From: an uncultured Verrucomicrobiae bacterium
GTDB lineage: Bacteria > Verrucomicrobiota > Verrucomicrobiia > Chthoniobacterales > UBA10450
DNA length: 64,000 nt
Assembly (NCBI GenBank): GCA_963726745.1
Contig: CAVSDR010000006.1
Coordinates: 800,001-864,000, forward strand
Direction of reading: 5' to 3'
Shown: one piece after another, positions 56,114 to 64,000 of the stretch
Numbering within the stretch: position 1 is the stretch's first letter
How the letters are laid out: every line of letters starts with the position of its first letter
Notes under the pieces: model-generated
The model's database searches: none
What the model saw: only the letters and a program-made list of their open reading frames with translations
Told to the model about the DNA's origin: nothing
Made by a program: the position numbers and the translations under genes

Positions 56114-56646
56114 GGCGGAGCCGGGCGGTCCTGGCGCTGCTGGCCGCGGCGCTCCTTTGCGCGCCCGCGCCGGCCCGCGCGGCCCAGCCTAACGAGTATG
56201 CGCTCAAGGCGGTCTTTCTCTACAATTTCTGCCGCTTCATCGACTGGCCGGACGCGGCTTTCAGCTCTCCGACCGATCCGTTGGTCATCGGCGTGCTCGG
56301 CGAGAATCCCTTCGGCACGCTGCTCGAGGAAGCGGTCAGCGATGAGACTTTTCGCGGCCGCAACATCCGCATCGAGAGCTACCGCAGCGCGCGCGAGATC
56401 GGCCGCTGCCAGTTACTCTTTGTCAGCGCCTCGGAAAGCGCGCGCCTGCCCGAGACCCTGGCCGCGGTCGCCGGGCGGAGCGTGGTGACCGTGGGCGAGA
56501 CGGAAAACTTCGTGGAGCACGGCGGGATGATCGCGCTGGTCGCGGATCGCAATCGCGTGCGGCTCCTGATTAACCCGGGCCTGCTGAGGGCCGCCCGCCT
56601 GGAGGTGAGCTCGAAGCTCCTCCGGGTCGCGGAGATCGTTCGTTAG
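56101..56646 (+). CDS. YfiR family periplasmic protein
   Basis: 'EYALKAVFLYNF..FIDWP', 'CQLLF', 'SSKLLRVA'. Confidence 0.9.
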   Translation: MDLLRRSRAVLALLAAALLCAPAPARAAQPNEYALKAVFLYNFCRFIDWPDAAFSSPTDPLVIGVLGENPFGTLLEEAVSDETFRGRNIRIESYRSAREIGRCQLLFVSASESARLPETLAAVAGRSVVTVGETENFVEHGGMIALVADRNRVRLLINPGLLRAARLEVSSKLLRVAEIVR

Positions 56647-56649
56647 GCC

Positions 56650-58960
56650 ATGGACCTGCGCCTGCGGAACAAGCCGATCCAGCAAAAGCTCACGCTGGTG
56701 ATTTTGCTCACGAGCAGCTTTGCCCTGCTGCTTATGGGGACGGCTTTGATCACTTATGAGGTGGTCACTTTCCGGCGCTCGCTCACGGTGAACTTGAGCG
56801 TGCTCGCGCAGATCATCGGCTCGAACAGCACCGCGGCGCTCGCCTTTGAAGATCAAAAGAACGCGCGCGAAATCCTGAGCGCGCTGACCGCGGAACGGCA
56901 GGTGAGCGCAGCCGCGATCTACGACCAGCGGGGCCAGATCTTCGCCAGTTTCCCGGAGAACCGCGACCGGGCGGAATTCCCCGCGCGGCCAGAGAATGAC
57001 GGCTATTTTTTCGCGGGCTCGCACTTGAGCATGTTCCAGCCGATCCGGCTGGAACAGCAACGCCTCGGGACGATCTATGTGCGGGCGGAGCTGCGGGAAA
57101 TGTATTCGCGGCTTCTGGTCTACGCTGTTCTCCTTTTATTCGTGGCCGGGTGTTCCTTCCTCGGCGCGCTCCTGCTCTCGCGCGTGCTCCAGCGCCACAT
57201 CTCCGCGCCCATCCTCGCACTCGCGAAAGTGGCGACCGCGGTCTCGGAGCGGCAGGATTATTCCGTGCGTGCCGTCAGCCACGGGACCGATGAGCTGGGG
57301 CAATTAACCACCGCTTTCAATCAAATGCTCACCCGCATCGGCGAGAGCAACGCCGCCCTCACCCGCAGCGAAGAACGCCTGCGGCTCGCGCTCGAAGGTT
57401 CGCAAACCGGCACCTGGGATTGGAACATTCTCACCGGGCGCGTGACCTGGGATGAATTCATGTATCCGCTTTACGGGCGCGGGCCGGAGGAATTTACCGG
57501 CATGGCCGGCAACGCCCTGCGCTATGCGCATCCCGACGATGGCGCGCGCATCGAGCAGGCGACGCGCGTGGCGGTGGAGCAGAAGCTCGACCTCGACATT
57601 GGCTTTCGCATCATCCTGCCGGATGGCTCCATCCGCCACATGGTCTCGCGCGGCCGGCCGTTCTACGACGACGAGGGACGCCCCGTGCGGATGGCCGGGG
57701 TGAGCCTGGACGTGACCCAAAGCAAGGAAGCGGAGGAGGAGTTGAGCCGCGCGAAAGAAGCCGCGGAAGCCGCGAGCAAGGCGAAGGATCACTTCCTCGC
57801 GATCCTGAGCCACGAGCTGCGCACGCCTTTGACGCCGGTGCTGGCCACCGTGGCCGCACTTCAGGATGACGAAAACCTGCCGGAGCCACATCGCGCGCGA
57901 ATTGGAAATGATCCGGCGAAACGTGGAAGTGGAAGCGCGCCTGATCGACGACTTGTTAGACCTGACCGGCGTGGCCCGTGGCAAACTGGAGCTGCATCGC
58001 CGGCCGACTGATGTGCGCCCGCTCCTGGAGCACGCGCTGCAGAACTACTGCGCGGGCGCGGCCCGGACGAAAAACCTCCGCGTTTCGATGGAAGTGACCG
58101 CGGCGGAGACGCACGTGCTCGGCGACAGCTCGCGGCTGACCCAGGTGTTTTGGAACCTGCTGCAAAACGCCTGCAAGTTTACCCCTGCCGGCGGGACGAT
58201 CGACATCCGCGTTTTTAACGAGCCGCAAATCATCGCCGGCACGAGCGAGGACGGGACCGACACCTCGGCGGAAGTGACCGACCTGGTGGTGCTGGTGAGC
58301 GACAGCGGCATCGGCATTGGCGAAGAAGACATGCCGCGCATCTTCAACGCCTTCGAGCAGGGCGAACGTTCGCGCACCCGCATCTTCGGCGGGCTGGGAT
58401 TGGGCCTGGCGATCAGCCGCGCGATCGTGGAATTACACGGCGGGATCATCACCGCGCGGAGCGATGGCCCGGGCAAAGGCACCCAGATTACCATCCGGCT
58501 GGCGACCGTGCCCGAGCGGGCCGAGGCCGCGCCGAGTCCGGACCAAGGCCATGCCGCTGCCGCCCAGGACCGGGCGTTGCGCATTCTCCTGGTGGAGGAT
58601 CATCCGGATACCGCGCAGCAATTGAGCCGGCTCTTGCAGCGCTCCGGTCACACCGTGACCTGCGCCGGGAGCCTGGCGGAAGCGCAAGCGGCGATGGACG
58701 CGGCCGGCAAGGAGCGCGCGGCTTGCCCCTTCGATCTTTTAATCAGCGACCTGGGCCTGCCGGATGGCAATGGCCAGGAGCTGATGCGCGACCTCGGCGC
58801 CTGTCTTGGGCTCCCGGGCATTGCCTTGAGCGGATTTGGAATGAAGGAAGACATCGCCGCCAGTCTCGCGGCCGGCTTCGCCCGGCACCTGACGAAGCCG
58901 GTCGACTGGCAGGAATTAAAGACGGTCATCCGCGAGCTCGCGGCCCGCCTTCCGGCCTAA
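56650..58960 (+). CDS. Hybrid histidine kinase (periplasmic sensor-HAMP-PAS-HisKA-HATPase-REC; frameshift near 57888)
   Basis: 'NSTAALAFED', 'DELGQLTTAFNQML', 'HPDD', 'SHELRTPL', 'NLLQNACKFT', 'GLGLGLAI', 'LLVEDH...LISDLGLP'. Confidence 0.92.
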
Positions 58961-58989
58961 CGAGTTGACGGCAAAGTTAGAATGCGCGG

Positions 58990-59382
58990 ATGAAGACGCG
59001 CTTTTTTGATCACATCGATCTGCGGGTGAAGGATCGCGCCCGCGCGCAGAAATTCTACGCGCAAGTGCTCCCGGCGCTTGGGTTCACCCGTGACCTGAGC
59101 GACCAGGAGTGGGGCAATTTCACCGTCCCGGGCGAAGGGAAGCACGAGTTCTTCGGCTTCACCGAAGACAGGAGTCACCAGCCCAACGGCACTCGCATTT
59201 CCTTCTGGGCGGACACGCCAGCGGAGGTCGACCAGGTGGCCGAGGTGGTGCGGCAGGCCGGCGGGCGCGCGCTGGAAGGGCCGGAACTTTGCCGGGATTA
59301 CACGCCGAATTACTACGCCTTTTTCTTCGAGGATCCGGATGGCAACAAGCTCGAGGTTTGCTGCCGCACGCCGGCGGATTGA
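58990..59382 (+). CDS. VOC/glyoxalase family protein
   Basis: 'DHIDLRV', 'YYAFFFEDPDGNKLEV'. Confidence 0.9.
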   Translation: MKTRFFDHIDLRVKDRARAQKFYAQVLPALGFTRDLSDQEWGNFTVPGEGKHEFFGFTEDRSHQPNGTRISFWADTPAEVDQVAEVVRQAGGRALEGPELCRDYTPNYYAFFFEDPDGNKLEVCCRTPAD

Positions 59383-59957
59383 GGCCCGGCGACGATGCCA
59401 AGGGCGCGCAGCAGCTCGGTCGTCTCGGCCATCGGCAGGCCGATGACGTTGGTCCGCGAACCGGAAATTTCGGCGATGATCTCGCTGCCTGTTTCCTGCG
59501 CGGCGTAAGCCCCGGCCTTGTCCAGCGGCTCCACTTTCTCCAGGTAACGCTCGATCTCCTGCTCGCCCCATGCGTGGAAACGCACCTGCGAAACCACGCC
59601 GCGGCTGTGCCGTGGCCCATTGGTCCCGTGGCAGGCGAAGACCGCAGTGTGGACCTGGTGGGTGCGTCCGCAAAGGCGGCGGAGAATGCGCCGGGCATCG
59701 TCCAGGTCCACCGGCTTGCCGATCACCTCGCCCTCGAGCGAAACCAGGGTATCCGCTCCCAGCACGACGGCTTGCGGTTCCTGCAGGGCAATCTCGAGCG
59801 CCTTGCGGGTGGCATTGAAAAACGTCAATTCGCGCGCACTGAAGTCGCTGCTCTCGATCTCCGGCGCGGCCGGCCGGTGCACGGCGAACCGGAACCCGGC
59901 CGCGGCCAGCAAATCGCGGCGACGCGGCGAACTGGAGGCAAGGATGAGCGAGGCCAT
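59313..59957 (-). CDS. maf: Maf family nucleotide pyrophosphatase
   Basis: 'LILASSSPRRRDLL', 'GADTLV', 'DKAGAY', 'NVIGLP'; 3' end overlaps the VOC gene. Confidence 0.92.
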   Translation of the reverse strand: MASLILASSSPRRRDLLAAAGFRFAVHRPAAPEIESSDFSARELTFFNATRKALEIALQEPQAVVLGADTLVSLEGEVIGKPVDLDDARRILRRLCGRTHQVHTAVFACHGTNGPRHSRGVVSQVRFHAWGEQEIERYLEKVEPLDKAGAYAAQETGSEIIAEISGSRTNVIGLPMAETTELLRALGIVAGPQSAGVRQQTSSLLPSGSSKKKA

Positions 59958-60031
59958 ACTCTCTCTTCGGATGTCACGGAGAAAAAGAGCTTGGCAGCCT
60001 CTGGAGGGCGCGGCAGCTTTGAGCCCATTCT

Positions 60032-60102
60032 GCGGGTGTAGCTTAATGGTAAAGCTGTAGCCTTCCAAGCTACTGACGAGGGTTCGATTCCCTTCACCCG
60101 CT
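60032..60102 (+). tRNA. tRNA-Gly (TCC), CCA not encoded
   Basis: Acceptor GCGGGTG/CACCCGC, anticodon arm GTAGC-CTTCCAA-GCTAC, T-arm GAGGG-TTCGATT-CCCTT. Confidence 0.96.
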
Positions 60103-60191
60103 TTCCCCTTTTTCCGAAAATTGTGTTGACCGTGGCAGAGTTACAGCTTTAGAAAGCACGAGTTTCGAAACGCAGCTTCCATCCGCTTCCT

Positions 60192-60887
60192 ATGAAAAAA
60201 TCGCTCTCCGGTTCCCTTCGCCATCACTCCGCCTCCTGGCTGCGGTCCAGCGCTGCGGCCATTTTGGGTCTGGCACTGGGGACATCGCTCTGGATGGCGA
60301 CCGCCCCGGCGGCCCGCGCACAGGGAAATAATCCCAGCGCGCTGATCGAAAAATCGCTCCCGCAAGGCCAGACGCTGGCGAACGCAAGCAAGGCCGATCT
60401 CCTTTCCGCGATCTGCTCGGCGGTGCAAAAAAATCCCAAGGCCGCGCCGCAGATCGTGCGCGTGGCGGTGACCGCCCGTCCTGAACTGGCGAAGGATATT
60501 CTCCGCACCGCGTTCCGTTGTGCCGGCTCGAGCGATTGCTCGCTCCTCGGCCGCATCCTCCGCGGGGCGATTGCCGGCGCGCCGGATCAATCGAGCGCGC
60601 TGACCAGCCTGGCGATTGAGCTTTCGCCGGATTGCTCCGGCTCTTTCCAACCCGGCGGCGGCGGTGGTAGTGGAGACGATGGCGGCAATTACGGCAACGC
60701 TCCCGGGAACCAGAATCCTCCTCCGGGAACGATCGGTGGCGGCGGTGGTGGCCAGGGCACCGTGGTCGCGGTTTGCTTCGCAGGCACCACCCGCTTCCTC
60801 TCGCCGCAGGCGGCCGAGGACTTCCTCCGGAATAACCCCGGCGCCAAGGTGGGGCCTTGCGTGGTTACCCCGGTGACGAACCAGTAA
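60192..60887 (+). CDS. Secreted Cys- and Gly-rich hypothetical protein
   Basis: Signal peptide, helical domain with Cys, Gly/Pro linker, small C-terminal domain with two Cys. Confidence 0.7.
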   Translation: MKKSLSGSLRHHSASWLRSSAAAILGLALGTSLWMATAPAARAQGNNPSALIEKSLPQGQTLANASKADLLSAICSAVQKNPKAAPQIVRVAVTARPELAKDILRTAFRCAGSSDCSLLGRILRGAIAGAPDQSSALTSLAIELSPDCSGSFQPGGGGGSGDDGGNYGNAPGNQNPPPGTIGGGGGGQGTVVAVCFAGTTRFLSPQAAEDFLRNNPGAKVGPCVVTPVTNQ

Positions 60888-60911
60888 TCGCCTTTAAAGA
60901 GTTTCACGAAG

Positions 60912-60948
60912 AGCCGTTGCGAGATCCTCGCAACGGCTTTTCTTTTTT
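60912..60948 (+). terminator. Intrinsic terminator
   Basis: AGCCGTTGCGAG-ATC-CTCGCAACGGCT followed by T-tract. Confidence 0.85.
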
Positions 60949-60992
60949 CCGCACTGGCGGGCGGGCCGGCGCGCGCGTAAATCCATTGCCCG

Positions 60993-62819
60993 ATGCCGTC
61001 CCGTCTGCGACTTCCCAGTCTGCCCGCACTTGCTGAAGGCGGCGCGCTTTTTCTCCTGGTGGCGGCGTTGCTCGCCATCCAGGTGCTCATCGGCGGCACG
61101 CGGATGATCTTTAGCCTGCCGCCTTACCTGCTGGTAAGCGTGGCTGGGTTACTGGCTCTTCTTTCGCTGCGCGCGGCCAAGCCTGCGGCCGATCGCGCCT
61201 GTCTCACAGCGTTCGTTGTTTTCGTGGTCTACGTGCTGGTGCGAGCCGCTTTTTCTCCCGCGCCTTACATTGTTCGCAGTGATGTCTACTCCGCGCTTGC
61301 GGCACTCGTGGTTTACCTCCTGGTCGCACTCGTGCTCACGGGCGCCTCCCAGCGCTTGCTGCTGGTGGGTTGCTTGCTGCTTTTTGCACTCGCGCACGTC
61401 CTCGTTGGCGCCTGGCAGTTCCGGGATGGCAACAATTTCATGCCGATCTCCTGGCTGCAACGCTACGACTACGGAACCCGGGCAAGCGGGTTTTATGTTT
61501 GCCCAAATCACCTCGCGGGCTTGCTGGAGGCGCTCGGGGCGATCGGGCTAAGCATTGTCGCCTGGAGCCGCTGGCCCATCTGGACCAAGTTGCTGGTTGG
61601 TTATGTGGTCGTCTGTTGTTATGCCGGCGTCATCATCACTGGCAGCCGGGGCGGCTACGTGAGCGCGGGGATGGGCCTGCTGGTTTTCGCGCTCCTCAGT
61701 CTGGTGGTCCTGCGCCGGGTCGGCCGGGGATTGTTCTGGAAAATCGGCGGGCTCGGCGCGCTTGCGGCGTTCCTTCTTCTCGCGATTGCGGGCTTTGCGG
61801 TCGCGAAGAACCAATACCTCAGCGGGCGGGCGCAAACCGTGGTGGACACAGAAAATATCCGATTCCAGCTCTGGCAGGCGGCTTTGGAACAATGGCATCT
61901 CCAGCCCCTCGTGGGCACGGGCACCGGGACCTATCTTTACTTTGGCCGGCTCTTCCGCGCTGCGACCATGCAGCGCGACCCGGTTTACGCCCACGGCGAT
62001 TACGTGCATCTGCTCGCAGAGTATGGCGCGCTGGGTGCGGCGGCAGTGGCCGTGGCCCTTTGGCTCCACTTTCGTTCCGGCCTTCGCACCTTCGGAAAAA
62101 TGGGGCCAAAACGCGTCGCCGTCTCGCAGCGTGTGCTGAGCAACGCACTTGCGCTCAACATTGGCGCTCTTGCTGCTTTATCGACCTGTCTGGTGCACTC
62201 GGCTTTAGACTTTAACCTTCACATTCCGGCGAACGCTCTGCTCATGAGCCTGTTCCTCGGCTTGCTCGCGAACGACGGCGTGGTCCGCCTGCGCGAGGAG
62301 GAGAAGCTTCCGCCGCGGGGCACCATCGCCTGGCGTCTCGTCGCTCCGGCCGCGAGCCTCCTCCTGCTGGTGCAAATTGCCCGCCTCCTCCCGGGGGAAT
62401 ATTTCGCAGAGCGCGCGCGTGGAGCCGTGCGCGACCAGCAACCCGCGGTGGCCTTGCATGAAGCCGCCCGCGGCCTGCGATACGATCCGCGAAATCCCGA
62501 CCTCCATTCCTACCTGGGCCAGGCCCGGCTGCAGCTGGGCGATGGGATGGAACATCCGCGGGCCGCGGCTGCGTTTTACCAGGACGCGGTCGAGAATTTT
62601 GCGCGGGCCCATGCGCTGGCCCCGCAAAACGAAGTCTATGGTTTGGAATTAGCCAGCACTTTGGACTCGGTCGGACGGTATCCGGAAGCGGAAGCGATTT
62701 ACCAGCAAACCCTGCAACTCGATCCGCGCTCGGAGAGTTTGCGCCAGGCCTATGAGGGTCACCTTCAGTCCTGGCAGGGCGTTCCCGCCAAGGCGATTGA
62801 AAGCGGGGACAAATCTTGA
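60993..62819 (+). CDS. O-antigen ligase/Wzy_C family protein with C-terminal TPR
   Basis: 'RASGFYVCPNHLAG', 'TGSRGG', 'GTGTGTY', 'AHGDYVHLLAEYG', 'HSALDFNLHIPAN'. Confidence 0.88.
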   Translation: MPSRLRLPSLPALAEGGALFLLVAALLAIQVLIGGTRMIFSLPPYLLVSVAGLLALLSLRAAKPAADRACLTAFVVFVVYVLVRAAFSPAPYIVRSDVYSALAALVVYLLVALVLTGASQRLLLVGCLLLFALAHVLVGAWQFRDGNNFMPISWLQRYDYGTRASGFYVCPNHLAGLLEALGAIGLSIVAWSRWPIWTKLLVGYVVVCCYAGVIITGSRGGYVSAGMGLLVFALLSLVVLRRVGRGLFWKIGGLGALAAFLLLAIAGFAVAKNQYLSGRAQTVVDTENIRFQLWQAALEQWHLQPLVGTGTGTYLYFGRLFRAATMQRDPVYAHGDYVHLLAEYGALGAAAVAVALWLHFRSGLRTFGKMGPKRVAVSQRVLSNALALNIGALAALSTCLVHSALDFNLHIPANALLMSLFLGLLANDGVVRLREEEKLPPRGTIAWRLVAPAASLLLLVQIARLLPGEYFAERARGAVRDQQPAVALHEAARGLRYDPRNPDLHSYLGQARLQLGDGMEHPRAAAAFYQDAVENFARAHALAPQNEVYGLELASTLDSVGRYPEAEAIYQQTLQLDPRSESLRQAYEGHLQSWQGVPAKAIESGDKS

Positions 62820-62954
62820 AGCGGCCGGCCACTTACGCTGAAAATGCGGGAGAAAAAGATTGCTGCCTATTTTTGACACGTCTACGCTGCGGGCCGCGGG
62901 ACGCTCGCGCCTCTGTAAGGGCGAAGGTTTTGCGCTAAGATTTGACGAGAAACT

Positions 62955-64000
62955 ATGAAACTGATCCACACTTTGAAGCTTGCTCCAGCACTCCTCGTCT
63001 GCGCATTGACCCTCGCCTCGCAGCAGGGTGTCTTCGCCGGCGGCGAAGGCTTTAGCGCCAGCGCTTACGACAGCAAGCAAACCTTCGACACCAAGTCGTC
63101 GGATGTCGGTTTGGGCAAGTTCTCGGCCAATCCTTTCCACGTCACGGTTTCCGTCCGCGGCGGTTACGACGACAACGTCAACCTCTCGACGGTGAACGCG
63201 CACGATTCCTTTTTCACCAACGCTGCCATCGGCCTGACCTACGATTTTGGCAGCCCGCGCACCCGCATCAGCCTGACCACCGGTGCCAGCGGCACGTATT
63301 ACTGGGATAACGGCAACAACGGCTTCGGCACGAACTCCGATGACTTTGTCTTCAACGCCTACCTCGGGTTCAATATCACCCACCGCGCCACTCCGCGCCT
63401 GACCCTCGCGGCCGCGGTGAACGCGGCTTACCTGACACGCCCGGGCTTCGATACCTTCAACAACAACGCCTTCACCGTCGATAGCCGCAGCCAGAATTAC
63501 TTCCAGCTCTCGAGCAAGCATTCCGTCGCTTACGCCTGGACGCCGCGCTTCTCCACCGTCACCAGCTACACCCTCGGCTACGTCAATTACGATGACGACG
63601 TGATCAGCTTCTTCGAGGACCGCTTCGAGCACACCTTCGGCAACGAATTCCGCTTTCTCATCATGCCGACGACGACCATCGTGGCCGAATATCGCTACGG
63701 CATTGTCAATTATGTCGACGACAACAACCGGGATTCCACGTCGCACTTTTTCCTCGCTGGCGTGGACCACAGCTTTAGCCCGCGTTTCAACGTCTCCGCC
63801 CGCGGCGGCGTGGAAGTGCGCGAGTTCAGCGACCCAGGCGTCCGCTTCGGCAATGTCGACACCTCCCGCACCGCTCCTTACGCCGAGGCGACTTTGAATT
63901 ATGCGATCGCGCAAAGCACCTCGCTGACTGCCTTTGCCCGCTACTCGCTCGAGCAGCCGAATGTGCCGGATGCCCTCAGCCGCGAGACCTTCCGCACCTC
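62955..64000 (+). CDS. Outer-membrane beta-barrel protein, polysaccharide-export-associated type (3'-truncated; not in ORF track)
   Basis: MKLIHTLKLAPALLVCALTLA... then 'VSVRGGYDDNV' and amphipathic strands; open to window end. Confidence 0.75.
   Translation, partial: MKLIHTLKLAPALLVCALTLASQQGVFAGGEGFSASAYDSKQTFDTKSSDVGLGKFSANPFHVTVSVRGGYDDNVNLSTVNAHDSFFTNAAIGLTYDFGSPRTRISLTTGASGTYYWDNGNNGFGTNSDDFVFNAYLGFNITHRATPRLTLAAAVNAAYLTRPGFDTFNNNAFTVDSRSQNYFQLSSKHSVAYAWTPRFSTVTSYTLGYVNYDDDVISFFEDRFEHTFGNEFRFLIMPTTTIVAEYRYGIVNYVDDNNRDSTSHFFLAGVDHSFSPRFNVSARGGVEVREFSDPGVRFGNVDTSRTAPYAEATLNYAIAQSTSLTAFARYSLEQPNVPDALSRETFRT

Noticed and set aside
59313..59382. 70-bp convergent overlap of maf and VOC as antisense regulation
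   Set aside because: The Maf tail beyond the conserved region may result from an indel; cannot be supported
60032..60190. tRNA-Gly as an island integration site
   Set aside because: No integrase and no duplicated tRNA 3' end seen in the window

Overview
High-GC bacterial chromosome segment. Gene content (long-form GreA, PEP-CTERM and TIGR04073-like proteins, secreted proteins with paired 'NISTRG' C-terminal domains, delta-60/dockerin protein) suggests Verrucomicrobiota, probably Chthoniobacterales/Spartobacteria; this is inference. Core genes include yceD, rpmF-plsX-fabH, tatD, gmd, rph, greA, rlmD-like, serA, an otsA-otsB fusion, maf and tRNA-Gly, plus a 23S-5S rRNA unit with no linked 16S. 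Accessory blocks: (i) a cupredoxin and diheme cytochrome c pair with a divergent wHTH-TPR regulator, inserted between yceD and rpmF; (ii) an ArsR-controlled 10-gene sulfur/persulfide operon with a CstB-like dioxygenase, two YeeE/YedE proteins, TauE, DUF442, a SoxB-like hydrolase, TlpA, DsrE and a disulfide reductase; (iii) a LolA-like / BNR-repeat / ADOP-permease operon; (iv) a TonB receptor-YfiR-hybrid kinase module; (v) the start of an exopolysaccharide locus. The strongest unexplained signal is a non-palindromic motif, (GC)CTAACGA / TCGTTAG(GC), which I counted 29 times by eye. It lies on both strands, is often written with rare codons or overlaps stop codons, and so resembles a DNA-uptake or nucleoid-binding sequence. 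Scattered single-base frameshifts, including in plsX, look like long-read assembly errors. No integrase, transposase or CRISPR array was seen.
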